Shown piece after piece: positions 50,501 to 59,928 of a stretch of DNA of 64,000 nucleotides. The notes beneath the pieces are model-generated. The model was given only the letters and a program-made list of their open reading frames with translations, was not told where the DNA came from and ran no database searches. Position numbers and translations under genes: made by a program. The stretch covers positions 1,600,001 to 1,664,000 of the forward strand of contig OY843768.1 of the NCBI GenBank assembly GCA_963693095.2, written 5' to 3'. How positions within the stretch are numbered: position 1 is the first letter of the stretch; each line of letters starts with the position of its first letter. This DNA comes from Cenarchaeum sp. (GTDB lineage Archaea; Thermoproteota; Nitrososphaeria; Nitrososphaerales; Nitrosopumilaceae).

Positions 50501-53500
50501 TCCCAGGGTGTCGGTGACCGGGCCGCCCGAGTGGATCCTGGCTGTGTACTCGGCGTCGGTGGGCATGCTAGACAGTGCAGCGCGGACTGATGCCGGTGCC
50601 GATGATGTTGCCGGCGTGTATGTGGTGGGTTGCTGAATGATGCTATCTGCGGGTGCGCCTCCGGTCAAGTATATATCGTACGAGGTTGACGTGCCATACG
50701 CCCCGATTGGCTCTTGGTATGTGAATGTCGCCTCGGTCAGGGACGTAAACGCCACAGTCGGCAGCGGCGGCGTCGCGTCCACGAGACGCGCGTTGGCAGT
50801 CGCAGGGGCAAGGTTGCCGTACATGTCAATCACGTCCGAAGAGCCATCGGCGATATAGTGGATCGTCGGTCGCAGATCGGTGGCTGCTGACTTTAGGTTG
50901 GGATCCAGGTCCGTAAAGCCGCCCAGCGTTATCGTGAGGCGCGTGCCGTCGATCGGCTCAAAGTCGTCACGATTGCCGTCGCGGCCGTACGCCCAATAGT
51001 ACGGATTGTCAAACTCGTCAAACTCGTGTGAGATTGTATCCGGCGTGACCCAGTTGGCGCTCGTGTCATCGTTGTCAGTGCTGACGTTGGGCGTCAGGTC
51101 GAGGCGCCACTCTGCGGCATCTAGCGTGGCGCCATCGACGAGCTTTACTGGCTCCCTGTACAGCACATCCACCGTTGTCTCCGAGCGCGCGGCGGCCAAA
51201 AATTCCGGTCCTGTCTTGTCTAGCACGACGTTGAACATGCCATAAGCGCCGCGCGTGGCGGGGTCGTAGAGGTGGAAGTTGTCGCGGTCAGCTCGGTACG
51301 CAGCCGCGCTACCGCCATCGGCCACAAAGGCGGCCTGACCGTCCAGCGGCATGCTATCATCCAAGTTTGTCACATAATAGTTGTCGGCCGTGTCTTGTGG
51401 TCTCGCAGTCTCCGTTATGCAAAATCCGGTGACTTCTTGGGGATCATTTCGCGTGTTAGACGGGGCAGCAAAGACATACCTCACAAAGTTGCCATCGGCA
51501 CCAAGATACGGATCCACTGTGGTGTCAGTTGTCGTGAATGTCGCCCCGCTATCCGCCGACCTGAGTATGCCGTACGACGTGGCCAGCCAGGAAGTGCCTG
51601 ACTCGCAGTTGTTGTGGTGCAGCTCTTGCGAGCCTGAAAGAGCCCTCTGCGATCCTGGAACCATGGAGGTTGCGACCTGCAGCTGATGGGAGATGTAGGC
51701 GAGCTCGGTGGCATCGCCCAAACTGTCAGGATCAATCTCCTCGCTGAACGTAAAGCCAATGGCCAGCCTGTCATTGTCTGCCGTGCCCGGCGTAGAGTCT
51801 GCGGCAGTGGGGTACTCTGTCAGGCGCGGCGGTATGCCGTCTACTGCACCCACGGCTGACGTAAATGTCGCGAGTCTCTCTGTCTCGCCGGAGATGTTTA
51901 TGCTGCCCTGGAGTGCGCCCTGGGTGTACAGGACTGTCGGCGTCTCGCCGGTGCTCGGGAGGTTGCTGGCAAGATTGAGGCGAACCGTCGTGCTAGGCTG
52001 GCCGGGCATTTCTGCCACCAGCACCACGTCTGAGACAGTCACGGCCGTTCCGCTGTCATCTGTCACGGTCCAGTGCGCCACGCGCTGGGCCACCGTGCCT
52101 GACCTGATCTGGACTAGCCTTGTGAGCTCTACGTCAATGTACTCGTCGTACGTGTTGTCAGCAGGGTCGCGCTGGCCGCCTATGTCAGTCAGCACGGCGC
52201 CAGTCGTGATGCTGTTGACTCCAAACGTGAGGCCGTTGACCGTGTCTATGACCGTGTCGTCGACGAGCTCATTGTCCGCACCGTCGGTGATGCGTCCGTT
52301 ATCCGAGCCGACCGGGGCGGTGAGCTCGCGGTCGTACGTTACGTCCGGCACGTCAGTTGCCCCCCACGCGTCTGCGCTAGCCACGGTGAGCGTGACTGTG
52401 GAGCCGTCTATGGCCACGCCGGTGACAGCCGTGTCAGTCGAGCCCAGCGTGGTCTTCCAGTGCGCGTTCTGTTGCGCAGCAGTGGCGCTAGAGCTCTTGA
52501 ACTCTACGGCCTCGCTGAGCGTCACGTCGATCGTCGTAGTCGATCTCGTCCTAGCCGAGAGGATAAGGGGTAAATAGTCGTCACTCGCCTCGACTGTGCG
52601 CATGGGGACTCGGGGCAGATCCGCCAGGTCTCCAGCTATGTTGGGAACCAGCGTCGTGCCTGTGTACGAGACGCGGTACACCTCTGCAGGGTCGGCGCTA
52701 AAGCCGCCAAGCGTTGCTGTATCTGATGGGTTGGTAAACGTCACAGTCCCGATGGTAATTCCGGGAATGTCAAAGTCTGACACTGGCACCATCGTTGACG
52801 CTGGCTGGACCTGTACACGGGCGCTAAACGTCACGGTTATCTCTGAAGCGCCCGCTGCCGTCCTAGTGTGCGAGGCCGACAGCGGAATCGGCGTGGCCGA
52901 GGAGGCAATTGGGCTGCCTGACGGTGTGGTGGGCAGGTCGGCGCCGCTGAGGGACTCGATCGACGCGGTCACTGGGGCATACCTGACTGTCGGAAGCACC
53001 GTACTGCCGACTGCATCTGCAGGAGCGAGCGTGAGGTCTGCAAAGTTAAACCCATAATCCGCGGCACTTGGCGACACGATATTGTCAGTCGAGTCGCCCG
53101 GCGACGTCTCGATCGACCAGTCGGCAGGGGCTCGCGTCTGGCCCGGAATCTGCCTCACCTCCTCGCTGAACGTGACCATGAGGCGCGTGTTTGAGAGCTT
53201 GTTGACCGTGAACGTTGGTGGATTTGTTGGCGCCGTCAACGTGACATCGCCCACGGCGCGCTTGCCGGCCGGTCCGCCCGCGGCGACTAGGGTCCCAAAG
53301 TCAATCGTGTAAGCACTGCCGCCCGTGGCCGGTGCGGCGAGGTTTATCTCGAGTGTCGGGTGGAGGAACGGGTGGCGAGGATGGCTGGCCTTGGGGGGCG
53401 TGTGGGCCGTGAACGTCGGCGGGCTAGTGGTGCTCAGCGCCACATTAGCGCCGCCTGAATCCGCGACTGTGATGCCGGTGGCCTCTATGACGGCCGGAAC

Positions 53501-55042
53501 CACTCCCGCCGCGCTTGTGCGCATGCCTGAAGGCGTCGCCATCTCCTCGCTGAGTGTCACGAGAATCGTGTCGCTGTCCGTAAACTCGGCAATGCCCACA
53601 GGCGAGGCGTTATCCGTGGCCAGCACGCTGGTTCTGTTTTGCACGATAATTGAGCTTGAAACCCCAAAGGTGGGGATTGTGTGCGTGTGCGCTATGAGCG
53701 GCGTAGACGTCAGGAACCTTTTGGCGTTCTCCCCCGTAAAGCCCAGATCCAGTGTGGTGGATCCCTCAGTAAAGGTAAAGCTCGATGCTATGACCGCTAG
53801 GTTTGGGTACTCTGCGGTGGGATCGACGGTGTTAATTCCCCTACCGTTGATGTCAATCCCCCTACTGGTCTGGGCGGTATCATATCTCTTAATATTGGCA
53901 TCTACGGCCAGCGAATCGCCATATGCGTGGATGTAAAAGTCGGCGATACGGTCTAATGCGCCTCCCGCAACTCTTGAACTATGGCTTGATAGGTCCGACC
54001 TGACGCCCGTGTCGAACGTTATCCTGAGTATGCCGCCGTCCCTCACCTCGGCCATGAACGTCGGCACGATTCTCACAGTGGCGGTGATACCGTTGGATCC
54101 CGTCACCATCGCGACAAGGTTATCGCTGGGATCGGAGAGGCCTGTGCCGGTGTACGTTATCATCGGCGTCGCGGCAGCCGACAGGCCAGAGTGCGTGAGC
54201 GTGAAAGCAGTTTGGGACACAGCCGTCTCCGGCGAGACTCCGCTCACCGTGGCGCCGGTGACGCCCCAATCGCTGGCACTAGTTGTCCCTTTGACCGACT
54301 CGGTGAGCGTTACTACAACAGTCGACGTGGTCCTAGTCTCGGCCGTGAACGTCGGTGCGATCCCGTCGGTGGCGTGGACTTGATTACTCCCCACGGTTGC
54401 GACGGTGTTCGTTGCACCATCCTGGAGCGTCGTACCGCTGTACGTTATTTCCGGCTGCGCGCCAGGACCCACCGTGGCCGAGTGCGTGATCACAAACTCG
54501 GTGACGCCTGTGGAGGTGGACGTCGGCGTGATTCCGTTCACCGTGGTGGATTGGACGCCCCACTCGGTGTGCGTAGTTGTCCCGGTGACGGCCTCGTCGA
54601 ACATTATGGTAGTAGTCGTCGTGGATGTAGTCTCGGCCGTGAGCGTCGGTGCGGCTCCGTCAGTGGCCCGGAGGTTATCTTCTAACGCCACGGTCGCGAC
54701 GGGGGTCATTCCAGTAGAATCCGAGAGACCCGTGCCGCTGTACGTTATGCGCGGCGTCGCGTCAGCCGACAGGCCAGAGTGCGTGATCAGTATCCTAGTC
54801 GCACTAGCTTCGATGTTCATCACCGTGGCGCCTTCGACGCCCCACTCGGTGGCCACAGTCATCCCGAGGAGGGACCCGCTGGGCGTTATGACGACAGTCG
54901 TCGTGCTCGAAGTCGCGGCCGTGAGCGTTGGCGCCGCCGGCGTCTGCGCCCACGCGTCTGGCACTGCGGCAACTACTGTGGCCATAGCCAGCGCCACAAC
55001 CATGATCGCCATGGATACCGCTCCCATCACGGCACGCCTCAC
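44573..55042 (-). CDS. Giant (3489 aa) secreted surface protein / adhesin with Ig-like repeats
   Basis: Signal peptide (AWA-Q), Thr/Asp-rich ~100-aa beta repeats (PTFTA..T....V.F.E.V....W), C-terminal DCTSPTLG...GGFTYNG...LKIYEDSG region; TTATATA upstream (start may be ATG 55027). Confidence 0.85.
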   Translation of the reverse strand: MRRAVMGAVSMAIMVVALAMATVVAAVPDAWAQTPAAPTLTAATSSTTTVVITPSGSLLGMTVATEWGVEGATVMNIEASATRILITHSGLSADATPRITYSGTGLSDSTGMTPVATVALEDNLRATDGAAPTLTAETTSTTTTTIMFDEAVTGTTTHTEWGVQSTTVNGITPTSTSTGVTEFVITHSATVGPGAQPEITYSGTTLQDGATNTVATVGSNQVHATDGIAPTFTAETRTTSTVVVTLTESVKGTTSASDWGVTGATVSGVSPETAVSQTAFTLTHSGLSAAATPMITYTGTGLSDPSDNLVAMVTGSNGITATVRIVPTFMAEVRDGGILRITFDTGVRSDLSSHSSRVAGGALDRIADFYIHAYGDSLAVDANIKRYDTAQTSRGIDINGRGINTVDPTAEYPNLAVIASSFTFTEGSTTLDLGFTGENAKRFLTSTPLIAHTHTIPTFGVSSSIIVQNRTSVLATDNASPVGIAEFTDSDTILVTLSEEMATPSGMRTSAAGVVPAVIEATGITVADSGGANVALSTTSPPTFTAHTPPKASHPRHPFLHPTLEINLAAPATGGSAYTIDFGTLVAAGGPAGKRAVGDVTLTAPTNPPTFTVNKLSNTRLMVTFSEEVRQIPGQTRAPADWSIETSPGDSTDNIVSPSAADYGFNFADLTLAPADAVGSTVLPTVRYAPVTASIESLSGADLPTTPSGSPIASSATPIPLSASHTRTAAGASEITVTFSARVQVQPASTMVPVSDFDIPGITIGTVTFTNPSDTATLGGFSADPAEVYRVSYTGTTLVPNIAGDLADLPRVPMRTVEASDDYLPLILSARTRSTTTIDVTLSEAVEFKSSSATAAQQNAHWKTTLGSTDTAVTGVAIDGSTVTLTVASADAWGATDVPDVTYDRELTAPVGSDNGRITDGADNELVDDTVIDTVNGLTFGVNSITTGAVLTDIGGQRDPADNTYDEYIDVELTRLVQIRSGTVAQRVAHWTVTDDSGTAVTVSDVVLVAEMPGQPSTTVRLNLASNLPSTGETPTVLYTQGALQGSINISGETERLATFTSAVGAVDGIPPRLTEYPTAADSTPGTADNDRLAIGFTFSEEIDPDSLGDATELAYISHQLQVATSMVPGSQRALSGSQELHHNNCESGTSWLATSYGILRSADSGATFTTTDTTVDPYLGADGNFVRYVFAAPSNTRNDPQEVTGFCITETARPQDTADNYYVTNLDDSMPLDGQAAFVADGGSAAAYRADRDNFHLYDPATRGAYGMFNVVLDKTGPEFLAAARSETTVDVLYREPVKLVDGATLDAAEWRLDLTPNVSTDNDDTSANWVTPDTISHEFDEFDNPYYWAYGRDGNRDDFEPIDGTRLTITLGGFTDLDPNLKSAATDLRPTIHYIADGSSDVIDMYGNLAPATANARLVDATPPLPTVAFTSLTEATFTYQEPIGAYGTSTSYDIYLTGGAPADSIIQQPTTYTPATSSAPASVRAALSSMPTDAEYTARIHSGGPVTDTLGPTGAVAPLTWYDRNEHGTVPASPNIPATNIIVKPAFITGLTLPQPPTFTATTTSINTVDLEFSESVARVDATPLNVANWAAELVAADATPTARTPTTTDDIAVMAVSTLANDMLTLTLDPADANIGNTAKKVFITYTASTSEIVSSPPAATLARNLAQNTAALATDGAPPIPTAAITALREITLTFAEAPTADPTRTGITYEVYTIADTATNLASSTAPTYTAATSSTPATVTIPIAADLANTMHTVRITSSATASIMDAVMERLPDTQDISVPTPPGPTFSGVTTAQDKVLITFGSTVERIGVTPANLDFTNWAAELVAADATPTARTSATTDDIAVTAVSALASNMLTLTLDPADANIGDTTKKVFVTYTASTSEIRNEFGIGLAQNEGGLATDAAPPEILSAITASELTSRGANPDDPADDVHSDYTLVTFSEPVRITPGSSTLRSAHWSLSDDDPDAASPGDGPSVRVTGASVEDIGVVRISHDSLSSTASTPYIEYDPTTSNFGRIASEVGALSAMTIGIADELEVADGISPRLVGLPTRGDLTPLTTGNDMEAIVLEFSEALSPASVTTSGMAGDALGTAATNPSLRANLQLEGSSPSGNRAAVRADTACFTGTDWLPTSTSLALNADGSTHLGNDGNTLRTAGPGARDVKVDQRIGWICLTSNNPVGIADVAGNTYITPHEPPHGQFIVVHDSTAPEFIAGVTSETTIEVIYREPVKLMTGAVLDASDWRVDTSPEDMMDNVDTDDDWVTPTVSHSFGAFVQPEFFAFGAPNHILDVEMDEDFPEAQKHIDTNSQLTVTLSGLTGLDPNRAAATPDLRPVVHYVGTNDIADMYDNVAPTMVSARTMDSTPPRVMTISTAVTTTATEMLPIPDRQFARAEDPAVVDVRFAVTLDEDQKTGTVPTIALFTTLTSFTTVPAESERAEKRIWPMVRTETGNDRMWHFDWPATPNFPGESARDWAAGADVPFGIRVSDAEDNVAIYSHRSTYTDGNAIVRVDTRAPVITEQSLMGRLAGSTGEYTSSVGRDGGGIALTFTMDETPERLVGFDKDDITFFTDTAATSLSGTGTSSDPYVATSVIPEGHAEGFNAVDWTITVMDKYGRSTTLSNDPADLDDSTAGLGFRVDNTAPVITASSVTIDQTMYPTRATDRSKAGDTITTMVTFNEPILMAPSVMGTGSTLGEAGARVSAEFRIPEPVMTEVDGSDMMEWTHEFTVPERADMELFDAVYKPSILMQADEAGNEAMLMILEDEVRMDNVPPSVTNAAVLVRTDSMGNSDPWLALYYDEADALDTSTIRLYRNTTIAEHIDLASGTLLMNTRINFAQAHCDIENSELVCPVSSTGHDVGARFEISFDQGSGTPDATSLTDLSHNPISWDQPPARPDPASTSGARLGVSGFDLLTLDFLGTAPVPISGSGNGDPIVSLGGTGLTAAGGALTDTILYAPQQAPDVEVLLAQDTEALGLDDPTDANDVPMLALLEREAGHETGTTAYYTSLLEDVQYGDDSERATRALATRAPLSVVDAGSAERKVVLSEPARIGIRGAESSLYVYYIEGTDTMTRTDDVLHAIDECEDSSVDTVDTSEVGPHMGAPNVASGTGTDDAECFVRGSDTLYIWTNHFTPFGASSQQLSRGGSGCDDCTSPTLGIDSTGERRVSGGFTYNGEVHDVEYYYTPMPLIEVETGVENVAVLKIYEDSGVSRIAHAGLAFGLGRGQHFAESEAGISVDISHTGALSVSLDDASGAIDAETLRATAERTDCMRGSVAECLEVTIYHTFREPLDFDVVSTSIWDTRLNSWQNFFNHGVHVDGESLNPSRGVEVNGGELVLFPLISAHVDEDGDGIYDYDERHVTYMLDENYSVWRLTPDGTYAPLRNLYSLYHEIDDSMYADARIRTHGAERSSDLFAVELDRQEKIAMEIMAEMGVAIEVDDVPEAVTSPYDDMVLIPRLERLSDDIAQEINLAERILDSIRE
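49360..50275. repeat. Near-identical ~200-bp intragenic direct repeat (about 49360-49570 and 50075-50275)
   Basis: Encodes NWAAELVAADATPTART...LTLDPADANIG...YTASTSEI twice. Confidence 0.85.
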
Positions 55043-55279
55043 ATTGTGAGTATATAATAATGTCGGTGCCTAGTGTGCCTGTACGAAAAGTAGTGGACTT
55101 GGCCACGGGAGGGCGTGCCCAACACGCCCCACGCCCACGGGGGGGAGCACGGCGGGGCAGGCAGGGCTCTACCCACGACCAGCCCTGACACGGCCCCGGC
55201 CGCCACGGGAAGGCAGGGGGAACCCCAGAGTCGCGCAGGGCCGGCCAGGGAGCACCCCTAGGGGGCGCATGATTGGCCC

Positions 55280-55712
55280 AGGGCCTTCCCCCATGTGCGC
55301 GATATTGACGACTGCGCCATGCTCCCCATAGACCTCGAGAGACCGCGCATGGCGCCCCCCATAGTACAGCATCGCGCACAGCATCGCGCACAGCATCGCG
55401 CACAGCATCGCGCACAGCATCGCGCACAGCATCGCGCACAGCATCGCGCACAGCATCGCGCACAGCATCGGCGCGCCGTTACAGCCCTCCCGCCCGTTGA
55501 CCAGGAACTTTGGGCGCGTGTCACGCAAAAAGCAGATCGCAGTAGCCCGACCAAACACAAGGCGCCTCCAGTGCCCCGTGTTGGTCGCAACGGGGACACG
55601 AGGGCCAGCACCTCCGAGCCACACTCGTCATGCGCGTCTGCGCACTTGCGCAGCCAGTCAGATATCCCTGTGCCATGTTTCCTGTCGGCGCCATAAAGGG
55701 GGGGTTGACATG
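55280..55712 (-). pseudogene. Phage-type N6-adenine DNA methylase (Dam-like) pseudogene, truncated by IS630
   Basis: Frameshifted NPP(Y)G, WLRKC, VPVATNTGHW, AICFLRDTRPKF, GAPM.CAM. Confidence 0.7.
55367..55470. repeat. 12-bp tandem repeat CAGCATCGCGCA, about 8.6 copies
   Basis: Directly visible; unexpanded in the paralog near 61683. Confidence 0.95.
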
Positions 55713-56219
55713 TACTGACGAGCAAAAGCTCGTGCCATGATCAAGCTTTCCCGGCCCGCGTGCCATATGGATCGCCCCGCACACAGGGGGGCCACAGGAG
55801 GGTCGTGGCGTGCGGCGCGATCTCTACTGACGGCAAGCAGGTCTTTCGGGTGCGCGACAGGCCCGATGCGGGGACACTCGTCGCGTTCCTGCGCGACATG
55901 CACGGAAAGTTCGGCAGGGTCGCCGTGATCGTAGATAGGGCGCCGCAGCACAGGGTCGCGGCGGTGGGGGACTGTCTTTGCGCCCACGGGGCGGTGAGGC
56001 TGATCGAGCTGCCCGGCGGCTCGCCGCACCTCAACGCGATCGGGGAGGCGTGGCGGCAGGCAAGGCTGGCGCTGCTGGTCTCCGGGCACCACCCCACCAT
56101 GGGGGGAGATGCGGACGGCGGTGTCACGGCACTTTGGGCACACGAGGCAGCGGCTCGACGTGATGTCCCACCTGGACCGGACGTCGCTGAAAGGCGGCAC
56201 GGACTTTTGATCGGCAGTA
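55713..56219 (+). mobile_element. Internally deleted, degenerate IS630
   Basis: Both IRs present; transposase C-terminal remnant with about 600 bp deleted. Confidence 0.9.
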
Positions 56220-56640
56220 TAGACTGCGCGCATGACCTCCCCGGTCACGCCATTTCCCATTGGCCCCCCACGTCAGCAAGCGCGTCAGGAGGGTCGACGT
56301 GCGCCTGGCCGCCGCAGCGCCCACCCTGATCTGACCGCACATCCTGCGCCGCACGACCACGTCGCGCAGCGCCCTCTCGGCGGCGTTGTCAGTGGAGGCG
56401 ACTCTGGCATGCTCGCAGGGCGCGAACATCCGCAGCGGAGCCTGGCCACGGCGCGCGCCAGCTCCTCGGCGCGGTTCGCCGGCGTCCTTGCCACGTGCCG
56501 GAGCGCCCGCGCGTCCAGCCTCCTGACCGGCATGGCCCGCCTCCGTCGGAGGCTCCCAAACATGTGTTTTAGCAGCCTGCCAAACCCTGCGGCCTTTGGC
56601 GGGCTTTCCCGATCTGCGCACGGCAGGCACTCCTGCCCCG
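56220..56640 (-). pseudogene. IS66-family transposase remnant
   Basis: STDNAAERALRDVVVRRRMCGQIR, resembling the IS66 C-terminal motif. Confidence 0.75.
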
Positions 56641-56659
56641 TCTACGCTGCGTACAAGGC

Positions 56660-56931
56660 ACAGCTGCTGCCATCAGGATAAAACTTTGGAATCCCGACCC
56701 TCTCGTCTGGCTTTTTAGCGCGGCAAAGTGCTCGCCATTCCATTCAAACTTGTGCAGCCTGCCCGCAACCATGTCGGCCGCCCGGTAATGAAGAACTTTG
56801 GCGCCGTTCACAATGTCCACATAAACTGGGTCAAGTGGAGGCCCGCACGTGACGACATGCTGGGGCTGTGTTGGGCAGGTCATCTCGGTTCCCTCGCCGT
56901 ATGCCTCTCCCAACTTTACAACGTGGGCCAT
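56660..56931 (-). CDS. Possible small hypothetical protein (boundaries uncertain)
   Basis: MAHVVKLGEAYGEG...HKFEWNGEHFAALK within track ORF 56569-57105. Confidence 0.3.
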
Positions 56932-57134
56932 GTGGGAGTTGTGGGCTAGTTTGGGGGCATTGTGAATGACTGGTCTTGCCGCATTGTTGCATGCTGCGCA
57001 CTGGGGAGGGACGCCAGCGTGCCGGTGACTCTTGGCAAAAATTTCCAATCGTAACCCGCGCGTCCAAAACTGGACAAATGCCCATGCGCCCAATGTGCCG
57101 GACATGCAAAAACTAGAGAGGGCGGGATTGTTGC

Positions 57135-57395
57135 CTATGCGGCCATCTCTAGGCGCCTCATGTCAAATCCCCTGACGAGGCGCCACTCCTGCTCCTCCGG
57201 GGTGGCCGCCCCTATGATCATGTCGGCGTGCTCGATCATGCCGATCCTCTCTGCCTCGGCAATGACATCCCATGCGTCCTTTTCGGAGAGCGGGCCCATG
57301 AGCCGCGTTATGAACTCTGCCGAAGGAACGGTGCCATAGAGCTCCAGCCCCCTGGCAATGAACCGCAGATCCTCATCCCTGACCATGCTTATCAT
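57135..57395 (-). CDS. ~85-aa repeat-family protein, copy 10
   Basis: AWDVIAEAERIGMIE...QEWRLVRGFD. Confidence 0.7.
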   Translation of the reverse strand: MISMVRDEDLRFIARGLELYGTVPSAEFITRLMGPLSEKDAWDVIAEAERIGMIEHADMIIGAATPEEQEWRLVRGFDMRRLEMAA

Positions 57396-57480
57396 GCTCA
57401 TCATGATGATGGCGCCATTAAAACGTAATGCGTGAATGCGCGCATTGCCCTGTACAAAAAGTAGGAGCGGGGCAAAATAG

Positions 57481-57820
57481 GATGAGGTCAGCACCTAGAC
57501 TGCGCGCATGACCTCCTCGGTCACGCCATTTCCCATTGGCCCCCCACGTCAGCAAGCGCGTCAGGAGGGTCGACGTGCGCCTGGCCGCCGCCGCGCCCAC
57601 CTTGATCTGACCGCCCATCCTGCGCCGCACGACCACGTCGCGCAACGCCCTCTCGGCGGCGTTCTTAGTGGACGCGACTCTGGCATGCTCGCAGGGCGCG
57701 AACATCCGCGGTGCGCCGGCGGCGGAGCCCCCCAAGCGCGTGTTTCGGCAGCCTGCCGGACCCGCCGGCCCCCCATGGGGCCCCCCTGATCTGCGCCAGG
57801 CAGGCATTCCTGCCCAGTCC
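57481..57820 (-). pseudogene. IS66 transposase remnant with terminal IR
   Basis: GATGAGGTCAGCACC end plus NAAERALRD motif. Confidence 0.75.
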
Positions 57821-58174
57821 ACCACTTTTCGTACAGGGCAAAGGCGCACCTCCCACCAAGTGGGACATTCAGCAAAGGCCAGCGACGGGATCGTTCAGGG
57901 TTTTGGGGCGGTCAGCTTTAGGTCTGGGAGATGTCCCCTAGCTAGTCGCGCGCCCTCGCCGTGGATCCGCCCCCAATAAAGGACAAAACGAGCCCGCATT
58001 GGCCATTCCGGGCTCCATGTGCCACAGACCCCTGGGGGCGCCCATGGGGTCTATTTGGGGCCTCTGCGGAATGCCAGTTTCGGGGAATATGGGGGAGATT
58101 ATGGCGACGGCTAGGCGTGATCTGACACTCTAAATGGCGCACATTTAAAGAAGGGACTGTTGGCGAGCCGCGTG

Positions 58175-58672
58175 ATGTCCGCGACAGCTATCCCCCACGA
58201 CCCCATGCTAGCCGACAACGAAAAGACGATGGAGTTTCTAAGAGGGTTTGTCGGCGGCGACAAGAAAAAGATCGCCGAGATCGAGGAGTGGGGCAAGAGG
58301 CGCCAGAGGCGCATCGATATGCTCTGCCAATTTGTCGGCCTCCTCGAGCAGAACGGCATACTAAGGGAGGACGGCAAAGAGTTGTTGGGGATTGTGCGAG
58401 AATTTGCCATCGCGCAGTGCTTTGCGATCGCCACGGCCCATAATCTGGACGGCATGGAGTACAAGTTCAACGACAGCCAGTCCGGCCCCCTCTGTGCCGC
58501 CCTGAATGTTGACCTTGCAGCCCTCAAGGCCGAAAAGTCGCCCACAAGCCCCTTTGCGAATCCCGAGGACGAGAGGAGGTTCCTAGAGACAGTCAGGGGC
58601 AAGAACACGCGTGAGCTTGGCCGAATGGCGCGACCCCTGGTAATCGAGGAGAGAGACCGCATATACGGCTAG
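58175..58672 (+). CDS. Hypothetical protein (paralog of 59422-59928)
   Basis: Duplicated ORF with conserved frame; TTTAAAG about 24 nt upstream. Confidence 0.7.
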   Translation: MSATAIPHDPMLADNEKTMEFLRGFVGGDKKKIAEIEEWGKRRQRRIDMLCQFVGLLEQNGILREDGKELLGIVREFAIAQCFAIATAHNLDGMEYKFNDSQSGPLCAALNVDLAALKAEKSPTSPFANPEDERRFLETVRGKNTRELGRMARPLVIEERDRIYG

Positions 58673-58734
58673 TGTGTGGGCGCGTCAGGCAGTTTGCGTG
58701 CCTTGTGCGACTATTGACGTCACGCTGCCAGCAG

Positions 58735-59060
58735 GTATGAGGTCAGCACCTAGACTGCGCGCATGACCTCGGCCATCACGCCCTTTCCCATGGCCTCCCA
58801 CATCAGCAAGCGCGTCAGGAGGGTCGACGTGCGCCTGGCCGCCGCGCCCACCTTGATCTGACCGCCCATCCTGCGCCGCACGACCACGTCGCGCAACGCC
58901 CTCTCGGCGGCGTTGTCAGTGGAGGCGACTCTGGCATGCTCACAGGGCGCAAACATCCGCGGTACGCCGGCGGCGGAGCCCCCCAAACGCGTGTTTCGGC
59001 AGCCTGCCGGACCCGCCGGCCCCCATGGGGCCCCCCTGATCTGCGCCAGGCAGGCATTCC
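58735..59060 (-). pseudogene. IS66 transposase remnant with terminal IR
   Basis: GTATGAGGTCAGCACC end plus NAAERALRD motif. Confidence 0.75.
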
Positions 59061-59421
59061 TGCCCAGTCCACTACTTTTCGTACAGGGCAAAGGCGCACC
59101 TCCCACAAAGTGGGACATTCAGCAAAGGCCAGCGACGGGATCGTTCAGGGTTTTGAGGCGGTCAGCTTTAGGTCTGGGAGATGCCCACTGGCGAGTCGCG
59201 CGCCCTCGCCGTGGATCCGCCCCCAATAAAGGACAAAACGAGCCCGCATTGGCCATTCCGGGCTCAATGTGCCCGCCCTTGGGGTGTGCCTATGGCGTCT
59301 ATTTGGAGCCCTGCGGAATGCCAGTTTCAGAGAATATGGGGGAGATTATGGCGCCGGCTAGGAGTGATCTGGCACTCTAAATGACGCACATTTAAAGAAG
59401 GGACTGTTGGCGAGCTGCGTG

Positions 59422-59928
59422 ATGAGCGCGACAACTGCCCGCCACAACCCCATGCTAGCCGACAACGAAAAGACGGTGGAGTTTATCAGGGGGTTTGTCG
59501 GCGAGGACGAAAAAAAGATCGCCGAGATTGAGGAGTGGGGCAAGAGGCGCCAGAGGCGCATCGACAGGCTCTGCCACTTTGTCGGCCTCCTCGAGCAGAA
59601 CGGCATACTAAGGGAGGACGGCAAAGAGTTGGTGGGGGTTATGCGCGAATTTGCCGCCACGCAGTGCTTTGCGATCGCCACAGCCCATAATCTAGACGGC
59701 ATGGAGTACCAGTTCAACGACAGCCAGTCCGGCCCCCTCTGTGCTGCCATACATCTTGACTTTGCAGCCGTCAAGGCAGTGCCAGTCGAGTCGCCCACGG
59801 GTCTCTTTGCGAATCCCGAGGACGAGAGGAGGTTCTTGGAGACAGTCAGGGGCAAGAACCCCCGTGAGCTCGGTAGAATGGCTCGATCCCTGGTAATCGA
59901 GGAGAGAGACCGCGTGACTCTAGTATAG
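59422..59928 (+). CDS. Hypothetical protein (paralog of 58175-58672)
   Basis: Part of a ~1.25-kb tandem duplication; 3' end joined to the ART-fragment module. Confidence 0.7.
   Translation: MSATTARHNPMLADNEKTVEFIRGFVGEDEKKIAEIEEWGKRRQRRIDRLCHFVGLLEQNGILREDGKELVGVMREFAATQCFAIATAHNLDGMEYQFNDSQSGPLCAAIHLDFAAVKAVPVESPTGLFANPEDERRFLETVRGKNPRELGRMARSLVIEERDRVTLV

Noticed and set aside
44600-55049. Long + strand ORFs opposite the giant gene (e.g. 49251-50636, 51708-52577), and similar antisense ORFs over the dnd, TPR and thrB genes
   Set aside because: Shadow frames expected in GC-rich coding DNA; no recognisable motifs.
55367-55470. CRISPR, or real ORFs such as (HRAQ)n, (RDAV)n, (CCAR)n
   Set aside because: Simple 12-bp tandem repeat without spacers inside a methylase pseudogene; the ORFs are by-products.
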